DNA of 63,269 nucleotides, filler included, from Pelomyxa schiedti (lineage: Eukaryota > Protista > Evosea), in assembly GCA_020536535.1 (NCBI GenBank). It is 7 parts of 7 records of this genome, joined end to end, with 100 filler letters (N's around TTAATTAATTAA, not from the genome) between each part and the next. Parts side by side here need not be neighbours in the genome. Positions count along the whole stretch, not along the records: positions 31,432 to 38,226 come from JAHLWZ010001395.1; positions 38,327 to 58,656 come from JAHLWZ010001090.1; 5 more parts are not named here. One strand, 5' to 3'. The translations under genes were made by a program, and so were the position numbers. The notes beneath the pieces were generated by a model, which did not search any database, was not told where the DNA came from, and saw only the letters and a list, made by a program, of their open reading frames with translations. Below are positions 35,377 through 46,936 of this stretch, one piece after another (positions within the stretch are counted from its first letter, which is position 1; each line of letters starts with the position of its first letter).

Positions 35377-36093
35377 TCATGACTTGGATGAGGGGGATGG
35401 GTCAATGTAGTTGTTGACAGAGTCAGGTGGTGGGTATGTTGGTGCAATGTAGCTTGGTGTTGTTGGTGGTGGGTACACAGGGGGCAGGTATGCTGTTGCA
35501 GAGTACCCTGTTGTGTAGTCAGTGGTGTAGGAGGGTGGGACCGCCGATGTGGAGGAAGCTATCCCGTAGTCGCCCGCGGTGTTGGTGGAAAGGGGTTCAT
35601 AGTGCAGTCCCCTTCGCTGCTTGCGCATGCGGGATGCAACGCAGCAAGCTAGAACGCAGCAGAAGCATATGAAAGCTGTTGGTACTAACACAGATACAAC
35701 CCAGAATGCTGCCGACCATGTGGCGCCTTGAACAGCATTAATACAAGATCAATCCCGGGCAAAAAAAAAAAAGGAATTTTGAGTTTATTGTATGTTTAAG
35801 TAAAAAAAAAAAGCGAGACTAAAGGAGAACGGGAAATGAGTTATGGGAGAATATAACATACAGCAATACCAGTCAGACTGACCGCAGCTGTAGACCGAGT
35901 GAGTCCATGAGTTGTAGTAGCAGTATCCGTTTATATCACAGCATGCAACTATGTTCTCGTCCGCATAAGGACAAAACTGGCACAAGGCACTGTCAGGGTC
36001 CAGACCAAAACACCCTGGAACGAAACTGAGGGCCCACAACAACACCGCCAACATTCCCATAATCCCGACAGCGCCCGCGCTCGTCGTCTTCAT
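35377..36093 (-). CDS. Small single-pass membrane protein with Cys-rich ectodomain and Pro/Tyr-rich tail (Shisa/WBP1-like architecture)
   Basis: Signal peptide; C-x2-C...CC...C...C...CC; TM ending in CCVLACC; tail with PPSY, LPPVY and TYPPP. Confidence 0.65.
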
Positions 36094-36426
36094 TTGCCAA
36101 TGCAAATCACTAACGGGGCTAGTAGTAGCAGTAGTTGGTTGTCCTGTCTTGTACAAGTGACTGTTTTTTTAATTATAAGTGTCGCTTCTCCGCTACACTC
36201 ACTCAACACCAAAGGAATTTATTTTCCGTTTGTTGTGATGATGTGTCTTCGGTGAAGGGAATCAGAAACGCGTTCCTTCAGTAATCCCAGAACGAATACA
36301 AAAGGGCTGTTGCACGTGTCATTTTTCTGGACCTGTTGGTTTCTCTACGTCTATGGTCTTCTAGAGGCGTATCCATTGACAGTCAAAGGGTCAAATCACA
36401 TCAAATCAATAACCTCGACAGAGTAG

Positions 36427-37528
36427 ATGGCCACAAGTACAGGGGTGAACTACGAGGAGATGGGAGCCCAGGCTGTTGAACAAGCCAGGGCCACTCTGTC
36501 ATTCCCATGGGTCCCGGTATTGGCCCATTTACAACTATTAGTTGTTAAGTGCTAGTGACAACTTTTGTCATTTAAAACTTTTTCATCCCGGGCAGGGGTT
36601 TGTGGTTGTTGTGTTTGATTAAAAAAAAAAAGCTTATCATTTATGATATAACAACTTCTAACCGTGATAAGATTGGTGAAGAACAAGGGGTGAAGATATT
36701 CCGGCATTCACTGCCTGGGAGCCCTATCAATTGCATGAGGGGTGTTGTCAAGTTTGAGCCCGGCGTCATTACCACAAAGGGAATGTTGGATTTGATGGCA
36801 GACTCCGCGGCCAGGCCAAACTATGACCCTATGTTTATATCCGGTGACACTGTTGAGGCCATTCGATCAGACGAAAACGGTGAGTGTTGCTGGCTCAGCT
36901 ATATTTCAATTATTACAACACACCTTGATTACTAATAGACGCCAATCAAACATACAGGGAACAAGCTGGGGATTGCCCACCTGCGTTTCAAATCAGGGAG
37001 CATGTTTGTTTCAAACCGGGATTTTGCTTGCCTCGTTTGTTCAGTCCATGACACTGCGGTTGTTTGTCAAAACAATCTCTGCTTATTGCTAACTGATTTG
37101 CCAGGCCCAATCTGGCGTCATTGTTGCCAAGTCCATCACACGACCAGATATTCCAGAAGAAACAGGATATGGTATTAATTCCCCTTATTGCAGCTGCCTA
37201 ATTTTCTATGCAGTCCGTGCGGAGCTCCTGTCAAGTGCTTTTCTTATTGCAACCACAGCCGGTTAGTTAAAACAAAAACCAAACAACCAAACGACAAAAC
37301 AATGTCCCATTGCAATGCAAGTCGTAACAACCTCCACTAATAACTCCCATCACTCTTCTCCGGAATGCTCAATCTTCTGCTACAGATGGAGGACTAGAAG
37401 TGAACTATGTTGTTCAGCTGGATCCCAAAGGCTGGGTTCCAACCGCTGTAGTGAATGCCGTCTCCAAAGACCAACCAATGGTCCTCGCTAAGCTCAAACA
37501 ATACATCCTAAAGCTCAAGAAGCACTGA
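36427..37528 (+). CDS. START-domain lipid-binding protein (multi-exon)
   Basis: GVKIFRH...CMRGVV, RPNYDPMF, VIVAKSI..PDIPEETGY|VRAE and VNYVVQLDPKGWVPTAVVN. Confidence 0.85.
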
Positions 37529-37837
37529 ACACCAAGCCTAAGCACCACCAACCAAACACAAGTTTTGTCACATTCTTCCCAGTCAATGAAAATCCGCTTG
37601 AAAAACCGAAAAAACCGGAATTCCGAAAAAAGACGCTGTGGGAACCCCACAACAACGCAAAAACAAATTTGATCGATGTCATTGGGTGGGGGGTTTTGGC
37701 TTTACGTACTTTGGGGCAGCATTGTGAGGTGTGGTACTTTTTAAACCAACAGAGAAATTGTTTACCAGGCACAAATAGAAAAGAGCGGACAGGAGAGAAC
37801 AAGCAAACAACAAAGCTAAAAAACCATAAACCTGAAA

Positions 37838-38226
37838 ATGAAGGCCGTTGTGGTTCTGGTAGCATTGGGATTGATGGCTGTATCTGCGCAACAGGTAGGT
37901 GACTTGTTTTATAGACACTTGTTCTTACTTCATCATCACAGTCGTGCATATACCGGACAACAGGAACTCAAGGTGAAACACTTGAATTCGACTTGTCTCC
38001 AATGACACTACTCAACGGGTATGTTCTTTTCCGAATCCAAAGGGTAATCGTTGATAATTCTTACCCATAAACCCCAGCAACAACTACATGTGGAAGGACA
38101 CAAGTGCGAATATCTTCTTTGCCAACATTTGCGGGAATGCCACAGCGGGCTGCTCCCCGGCCCAGGCAGTGTGCCAGCAATCTTCAAATTCGCACTTCTA
38201 TGGGTGTGGTGGACTCAGCTCTCAGC
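37838..38226 (+). CDS. Secreted or membrane protein with a mannose-6-phosphate-receptor-homology (MRH) domain, 3' end truncated
   Basis: Signal MKAVVVLVALGLMAVSAQ; SC...FDLSPM; FFANICG...C...AVCQQ...YGCG. Confidence 0.7.
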
Positions 38227-38326
38227 NNNNNNNNNNNNNNNNNNNNNNNNNNNNNNNNNNNNNNNNNNNNTTAATTAATTAANNNNNNNNNNNNNNNNNN
38301 NNNNNNNNNNNNNNNNNNNNNNNNNN
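38227..38326. other. Artificial contig linker
   Basis: N44-TTAATTAATTAA-N44. Confidence 0.97.
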
Positions 38327-41300
38327 GGAACCCTTTTCATCCTGAGAAATTGTTGGGGTTATGACATACAGCGATTCTCCTGTAACCCTGGAGGAAAAGG
38401 TATGCCTTTCCCGGGTGATCTTCCATCTCTGAGGTTTATTCAGAAATTCTATTGGAGCCAGGGATTGAGTTCAAAGTATCAAGTGTTCTCGATACAAGAT
38501 TGATAGTCATTGACCTGGAAATGATTGCATGTCCTTTGATACTCCAACCAATCCTTGAAGGCAACAAAATTGCGGTATTTGTTTAAAAATAACCAACTAC
38601 TTAGGATATGATGGCTTTGACTTTGGAAATCAGGGAACAACAAGGCCAAATTACTTGCAGTGGATAATCAACAAGTTGTCTCACTTTCCTCATATTTCCG
38701 CTCTTGTAATAGCAGCATGCAAAGTACTGACTGACCTCTGCCGATCACCTTCAAGTATGTTTCTCTGATCCTTTTTGATATTCATGTGAAATGCAAATAG
38801 ATAAGAAGACTATTTGCACTTCCAGAGGACATTTGATAGTTCTTAAAGCACTGGAAAAACAGACAGCCAAGTCAGTTGAGGCGTGTGTGTGTGCTTGCAC
38901 TCTCCTGCAGAGCCTTGCTGAAGATTCTGGTTCCTTACTCCCTTTTTTTCCTGCACTATCGCGTAAATCTCTCAACGTATCCATTTTAGTGAGTAGAAAC
39001 CAAATTTTATCCAATGGTGGTGTCAAATGTGTTTTGGATTCAATGAAATCTTTCATGACAGATGCTCAGCTTCAAGAAGTTTCTTTCGCTACCTTGGCAA
39101 CCCTGGCTGCCAATGATAGTTAGCACTGAAAGTATTCATTTCTTTATTTGACACTTTTATACACAAGAAAATATACTTGATATCTCAGCTGCCAAGTTAA
39201 TTTCTGAAGTGATTGCCAGCGGTGTTCCTGTTAATAAATTGGACCTAACTGGTAGGTTTCACTTTATTACTGTATCATTATAAATACCAAAGTGCAGGTC
39301 ATTCTTTTGGTGATCTAGGAACTCAAGTTATTACTCAAGCTCTGCATCTAAATACACAGATTTCTGATGTCAATTTATCGGGAACCAGGAACCTTAGTCT
39401 GGGTTCGTTGCCCGGTCTGTCACCAACCACTAAAGTAGGCGATTGTGGCGCTTCAGATATAGCAGAACTGCTAAAAGCCACTCCTTCTATCAGGAAGCTC
39501 AATCTTTCATGTGTGTAGTAAGTCAGTCGTGTTACATCGCCCCTGACATTTTATTGTTGTTAGGTAATGCCATTGGTGAGCAAGGGGCCTCAGCCCTGGC
39601 CAACTGTCTGAAGCAATCGACATCATTAATTGAACTAGACCTGTCATGTATGTACACCAAATTCCAAATTATTATTTCCTGCTCATTTTTTCGTATTTCA
39701 AGACAATACCCTATCTGATGCAGGAGCCCAGGCATTATCTCGAGGGCTAAAGTACAACACCACTTTGACGGCATTGAACTTATCTGGTTTACACCTCATA
39801 CACTCACTCTTTGTATGACCGTCAAAAAAGGGAACAATATTCACGATGCTGGTATCAAGGCAATTTCTCGTGCCATCAAATCAAACAAGACCGTCATGTA
39901 CCTGAAATTGTCTGGTAGCAAGCAGTTCTTCTGTCAATAATAATAACAATGTGCACCATCGAAAACACACTGATGAAAGTCAGATAATTTCATTGACTCA
40001 TCTGGCTTGACTCTAGCAAAGGCTTTACGACGAAACAAAACTATCACCCACATCTCTTTGGATGGTGTGGTATGAAATTTAATGCCCCAGGTTTCATTTC
40101 TTTTTTTTCCCTTGAATGTAGGTACTGGAATAGGGGTTTTGTGGTCAGATTCCATTGGTGAAACTCTGCAAGTTAACACATCAATACTCGAAATCAATTT
40201 GGCAAGTATGTATCTGTCAATGCAAGAAATTTTGTAAACAAGAGTTCAAGAAACCAAAATTTCGGATGCTGGTGTCCTACCAATTGCCCTTGCACTTAAG
40301 TCGTCAACATCACTTACTGCACTTAACCTCTCTGGTAAAAATAGCGTTGCCGTATTCTTGTTTAATCCACAGTGGGCTAAGACATCAAACAGAAAACCAA
40401 ATTTCCAGTACAGGTGCAATGGCGATTGCAGAAGCACTGCAAGTTAATTCTTCACTTAAAGAGTTGGATCTATCAAGTAGGCTAACACTCACTCCCTAAC
40501 TTCATTTTTCACACCCCAGCAGTGAATAAAGTGTCAGATCTCGGTGCTAATGCCTTTGCTAAGGCCCTGAGAAGAAATCGATCCCTCACCACAATAAATC
40601 TAAATCGTATGACTGTGTGCGGGACCAATGTTCGAGCACTCACACAAACAAAGAAACTCAAATCCCTGATAGCGGAGCTCAGTCAATTGCTGAAGCACTT
40701 AAAAACAATTCAACATTGACAAAAGTTAATCTCAATGGCATGCTTTTATCTCATACTGATTTCTGAAGTAAATGAACATTTGTCAGATAACCACTTCGGA
40801 GATCTTGGGAAATGTGCAATTGCTGCCGCACTTGCATTGAACACTTCCGTCACTTACCCTCCCTGTCATTTAGGAGGTATCTGCTTGGCCCTCTTTTCAG
40901 GGTTTCTGACATCACTCAATATAGAGCGGGGGAATTCTGGTGCTTCCATGGTGGCTGACATATTGAGAACTTCCAGTCTGAGTGAACTAGACTTGTCAAG
41001 TGCGTCATCCTTGCACTCCCGTTTCTTCCAGTTAACTTTTTGGTGAAGATAATGAATACAACGCTGATGACATGAAGCTGATATGCGACTCACTACGATC
41101 CAATTCTTGTCTTAAAAAGCTGGATCTACGAGGTTATTAAGTGTTGCTAAATACCTCCTGTTAATTGTGGAAAATGCACTTCCTAGGAAATTATTTGCAA
41201 GACAATGGAGCACGGTTAATTTATGAGTTGCTTCAAGAAAATTTCACCATTTCACACATCAATCTTGCGGGTACTGATTATACAAACAATTGTTTATCCT

Positions 41301-44043
41301 CACTCATAGAAACTTTAGGAAATGACATTTCACCTGGCTGTGCACAGTGGATCACCGAGTCCTGTCGAATGGTATCTATTCAAGTTGACCTTGAACGTAC
41401 GCAATTGTCCTCTTTTTTCGTATTAACCTTAAACTACAATTAGGAGCCAAATCTTTTGAAGGTAAAGCTTTATTTCTGAAAACTTGCATCCTCACTGCAA
41501 AGTATTATCCCAAGACCCGTCTGAGTGCAGACGAGTACCACCGGGGGCAAGCCCCCAATCATCAAGCCCATTTGAGTAGCTCTTCCCTCTCACTTGTGTT
41601 CTCATTATCAACTCCTCCTTTTTCTTAGAAACAATGTTGCAGCACGACTGCTTTGTGATGTTGCTCATCAAAATGATTTTTCCAAGTATTAATTGTATTG
41701 TAAATTCAAAAGCTAATTATGGCTCATGAAGCACCCCCCTTGGCCAATTAAGCATCCAGTCAGATTCAAACTCAAAGTGCATTTCACTTTTTACTTCAAT
41801 ATTTTCCCTTAACGGTAAGTACAAGGAAATCTACCTGTTCCCCAGACACACGGAAGAAAAACAGCGACTCATCTGTGAGGGATTTAAGCAGGTAGCCTTC
41901 TTTTGCACTTTGATCAGCTGAATGAGTAACCGTTTTGGGGTCAGGTTTTACCCTCCCCAGTGGCAGGCACCAACGCTTTTACAAGCTGTAGTACAGGCAG
42001 GTGTACCAAGAGCAGAAGAAGTCGTTGAAACTTGTGTGGCCTTTGCAGCAAAGGTACCAACGGAAGTTATTGACCAGGGTCTGTTCCTTACAACTGAAGA
42101 TGTGGCCACAATAGCACTGTATACCTACGACTTTGGTGAGTACTCTTTATAAAAGAAGATAATACTTCTTGTACCATCTAATGGAAAACAGGTCCCGAAA
42201 TGGAGTGTTACAATCCACAATACCTGCTTAACCTCAGTCTCACAGAGAAGACTGAGAAGACGCTTTCTAGTACCTGCGGACTGTTACAGCTCCTCCTTAC
42301 GTCTCTCAGAAAGCTTCCTCGTGTTGCAGAGTCTCTTCTTTACAGGGCAACAAAAGAGTCCGCCTCAGTGTTCAACGTTGGAGATGAGATCAGATGGGAT
42401 CCCTTCACATCTGTCCATAGAGATATCTGCACCCCGAAACGGTCTCTGGGTGACCCAACTAAAGGCTACTCTGGCACTCTGTTTATAATTCGAAATTGTT
42501 GGGGATACGACTTGGAGAAGTTCTCTTTCACACATGGTCTACAAGGCAATTCAAAGATTATGTATGACTGGACGTAATTTGACCTCCATCAGAGATTCTT
42601 GTGGAACCAGGAATAGAGTTTACCATTGAAAACGTTTTACAAACTAGTTTCACGGTGATTGAGCTAGCAACAAAAAAGAAATTCCCTTTAATCCTGGAAT
42701 CTATCACAACAGGTAACCATTTTTTTTAGCACTTCCTTCACCTATTCTCTCTAGCGCCAGGAATACCCTACAGCTTTGTAAACGAAATTGCAAAGCAAGA
42801 TGCTAAATCCTTGAGCTTTGTGATTAGGCAGCTCCAGCAGTTTCCTCATGTATCACTCCTCGTGGTACACTCTTGTACTGCTCTCGCCGAGATGACCAAA
42901 CAAGCTGAAAGATAGTCTTCATCCCCATAGTTTTCTCAACTTATGCACCCTCAGACCGAAGTTTCATCTGTTCATATGGAGGAGATTTGGCTGTGCTTCA
43001 AGCACTTCGGCAGCAACTCGATGTTTCACAGGAAGCATTAACAAGTGCATGCACTGTCCTAAAAGCTCTCTCTGAAGATTCAGGTTCTTTTTTTTTTTTT
43101 TTTTTTCTTGTCAATCATGCACACAGCCTCTCGCCGAAGAATTGTTCATGCTGGAAGCATTGAATGCTTGTTAGCAGCAATTAAATCCCAGGCATTGAAT
43201 ACAGACACTCAGCAACTCGTATTCAGTACACTATTTCTGATGTGTATGGAGAATGGTTCCCCTCAACTCATGAAATGAGTGCTAATCTGGAATTCCCAGG
43301 TGACCTTGATGGTGGTCCACTGGCTTCCGCCATTGAAAGTAGCTCAGTCACTGAAATCAGCTTTTACAGTTAGAGAATTTACAACTTTTAATGATTTATT
43401 TGTTGAATCAGGTACAGTACATGGCACTATCTCACAGGATGCCGCTTTCTCAATATCCGAAGCTCTGGAGAACTCCGTTTCCATACACAAGATTTCTTTT
43501 GCTGGTTTTGAAATACATTGAACTCATAACTGTTTTTAACCATTCCATAGATTCCCTTCAAATTGAGAAAGCGGGAATAGAACTGTTGGGACAAGTTATC
43601 AAGCGCAGTCCCACTATTACTGACCTGTGTTTCATAGGTGAATTTCATCAAGTTAATCCAACCTAATTCTGTCAAAGGATTCACCATTTTTGAGGAGATG
43701 GCACCGCATCTGCAACACAATCATACAATAAAAACAGTAAGACTCAAAAATGACCGTAAGCACCCCTTCAACGATTCATGGTACTCAAAAAAAACAGAAG
43801 CGGAAAGTAATTCATTTCCCTCTGCAACTGTAGTTTGTGAACTTCTCGAATCAACACAAATAGAAGAATTAGCTATTCAAGGTACACACCCAACACAAGA
43901 TACACTCAAATTAAAAAACACAAGGTCTCACGGCGCAGGGAGAATTCCAGTTTTCATTTTCCTATTCTTCAGCTTCAGCAGCCGCGGCCAGTAAAAGCAA
44001 AACTGGGGATACTAGATCAAATCGAATGCGGCTGATACATTAA
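38327..44043 (+). CDS. Multi-exon gene (or tandem pair) with repeated ADP-ribosyltransferase / ARM-like / RNI-type LRR modules, 5' end truncated
   Basis: ART tail GTLFILRNCWGYD...EILLEP at 38327-38576; full ART (IALYT, LYRA, FTSV, EILVEP) at ~41900-42712; ARM-like exons at 38635-39120 and 42755-43250; ~15 LRR exons (N.I.d.Ga..la.aL..N.sl..L.L) at 39166-41370 and a few more at 43280-43890. Confidence 0.8.
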
Positions 44044-44136
44044 CACAGATACACTCACAAAACAACCTTGGATCCCATCAACCACCCTTACCACTGCACT
44101 CCCATCCATGGGTATAAAATGGAAACGTAAATGGCT

Positions 44137-46444
44137 ACAATAAATGTGAAATTCTATTGTTGGGGGTGAGTATTACAACTACAACATCTACTGAAGGGCT
44201 GACACCTAGGAGTCTCCCTTATTGGAATGTCTTGTTGAGGATGTCCTTAATTTGGTGGTTTCTTTTACAGGCATAGAAGGTACGGGAATGAGCCCTTCAG
44301 CAAGATAGGATTGAGTGGATTGCAGGACTAGGAAAATGGTGGTTACGGGTCCATACTCAACTTTCTCTACAGAGAAAGTGGCTTCCGGTTCCAACAAAAT
44401 ATCTATACTGTTTGAGAAGGAAATAAACCTTATGTGTACAATACCATTACCATTGGATTGCGGTATTGAACTGGAGAACCGCGATATGTCATATCCCCAG
44501 CAATCATGGAGAATAAACAAAGTCCCGCTGCACTCACCGGTGGTGTGATTTGTGATGTTTGCCAAAGCATCCTCCGGCCTGGTGACAACCGATGTGAATG
44601 AGTGCCATGTTACACTATTTCCCTTGCAGTAGTAATGCTGGTCCACGTTGACAAGTGTCTTTGTGGCTCGGTAGAACATGACTTGAGTTCTTTGTGATGC
44701 AAACACGGGTGGAAGTTTCCGTATGCCTCTCAGTAACAGGAGAATAAACTTGAGCCATTTTTCGAGTTGTTGTGGTCTCCTGCAGAAGGATTTAGGTATG
44801 TTGTTAGAACTGGGAAAATAGTAGAATGGAGGGTCAAACCATCTTTGAACAAGGGCTTTGTTGAGGCAGTGACTAGGATTACCATGGTAATTTATAAAGC
44901 CAAAATCGAATATAAATACAGTGATTGCCATGGCTTCGTCAAACGAAAGTTTATTGTCTGGTGATTGGAGTGGGCTTTTAACCATAGTGCTACATACAGA
45001 AATAACCTGTTAACAGTGTTAAACGATAACAAATTTGAAAAGCAAGTACGGATTCGGCATCAGCAATCTCTGCCTCTGTCACTGCATCGAGAATGTTTGG
45101 GTTTTGTGCTGTATTCAGTAGTGCTTGGGGAATATCTCCAAGCCGCTGAATAAGGTTGGATTCGTCATTTCTGAATTCGTTCTTCCGAGAAATAGGGAAA
45201 TACGGAGGCAGTATCAGGTGTGTGGGTGTACACAAGTGTGACTTGTGTACGAAGTACACTACATCTGAGCAGATAGAATGTGCGAAAAGCCACCCGTCAG
45301 GAAGGCCAGGAGAAAACGCGCCACTGATAGAGGGGCTACTGGAGGACTCTCTCAATGAACCAGGCACAGAGGACGGTGACGGCAATCTTTTGCCGGCCGA
45401 TTTTGAGCTTCTGCGGGAAGAAGATGTCTCTCGTTGCGAATGGTCCCCAGGAACCACCAGCCTTCCATCCACATACTGTACGCGAGTGGTCCTCTTTGAC
45501 AGCACATTGACCTCAGTCCCGGTACCATGCAGAACCACAGTCGGGAAATCCTTCCTGGACTGGTTTATCCTCCACCCACAAGTAGTAATCACGTTCCCGT
45601 CGGGGCTGGTAGCCACCGCGGCGGCGTTCTCGGGGTCGGGCGCGCCGTCCCTCCAGAAGCACCTCAGGGTCCTCCCGTCGCTCCAGATGAAGGCCCCCAC
45701 GCCGTCCCTCCGGCCCCCGCGGCAGCTCCCCTGGAACAGCATGCCCGCGTCGGCGGCCGCCGCGCCGTAGACGAGCGTGCCGGCGCCGTCCATGCAGTTG
45801 GCGCGCCACTGGCCGACGTAGACGTCGCCCGAGTCGAAGCAGCAGACGCCGGAGCCCTCGCGGGCGCCGCGGCAGAAGTCGCCCTCGTAGGTCTCGCCGG
45901 TGGGGAGGCGGAGGGCGCCGCGGCCGTGCTCGTCGCCGGCGGCCCACTCGCCCTCGTAGACCGTGCCGTCGGGGAGGGTCTCGGCGCCCTTGCCGTCGCG
46001 CAGGCCGGCGAGGAAGCCGCCGACGTAGACGGCGCCGCTGGCGGCCTCGCGCAGGGTGCCGCGGCCGCAGACCTCGTCGGCCGCGAACTCGCCCTCGTAG
46101 ACGTCGCCCGAGGGGCAGAGGCGGAGGGTGCCGCGGCCGTGCTTCTTGCCCGCGCGCCACTCGCCCTCGTAGACGCTGCCGCTGGCCCACGAGAAGGTGC
46201 CGCGGCCGTCCATGCGGTCGTCGCGCCACTGGCCCTCGTACGTGTCGCCGTTCTTCCACGTGTACGTCCCCACGCCCTCCTTCACCGCCCCCTTGAACTC
46301 CCCGCTGTAGTCGCCGTCCGAGAACGACCGCGACTTGGCGTGCCGCGACGCCGGCACCCGGCGCCCCGCTTTGGCTCCCGTGGTCGTCCCCGCCGAGGCC
46401 GACGTACCGCCACTCGCGCCCCCAGTCCCACCTACGGCCGCCAT
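44137..46444 (-). CDS. MORN-repeat protein with C-terminal ADP-ribosyltransferase-like domain
   Basis: About 9 MORN repeats (YEGEW..G..HG.GT) followed by AITVF, FYRA, WHSFTSV, GTLFILHDCWGYD, DILLEP. 3' end approximate. Confidence 0.82.
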
Positions 46445-46936
46445 TTTCGTGGACTTGCGATTGCCTTCTGGTAATGCTGCACCCACAAGTTTATTACCGT
46501 GTTGTTCTTCCTTAGAAAAACAGAGCATCGATGGGGCAGTTCAGGGACCATCCATTGAATGCTTACCGATGAAATCCTTCCATTTGCGGCGAGAGCCTGG
46601 GTTTTCCTGGCGCTTGCTCACATCTAGAAGAATCTTCATCGGTTCTTTTGGGTTACCTTGGCACAAGCAAGCTCTTCCTGCTTTTTGGAAAACACTTTCA
46701 ATGTTGTCTTTCTGACCACACTTGGCAGAATAAAATAATCAACAGACCGGAACGCTGTACTTTTCGTTATCGTCGCTCAGGATCGGCGGTCTGGTGTTTT
46801 TTTTATTCAGCCACTTGTGGCTGTCAGGCTTGTGTAACGTACCCCAAATCACTCTCTCGATTATTCTCAGATCCATTATTTCATAGAGCTTTTCGTTGAA
46901 CGAATCGAAAAAACTTCGAGACCGAGAGGTTAGGAA

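Noticed and set aside
45513-46474. Long alternative-frame ORFs (45513-46259 -, 45527-46474 +) and similar ones at 34339-35314 and 51694-52155
   Set aside because: Expected stop-codon scarcity in very GC-rich exons.
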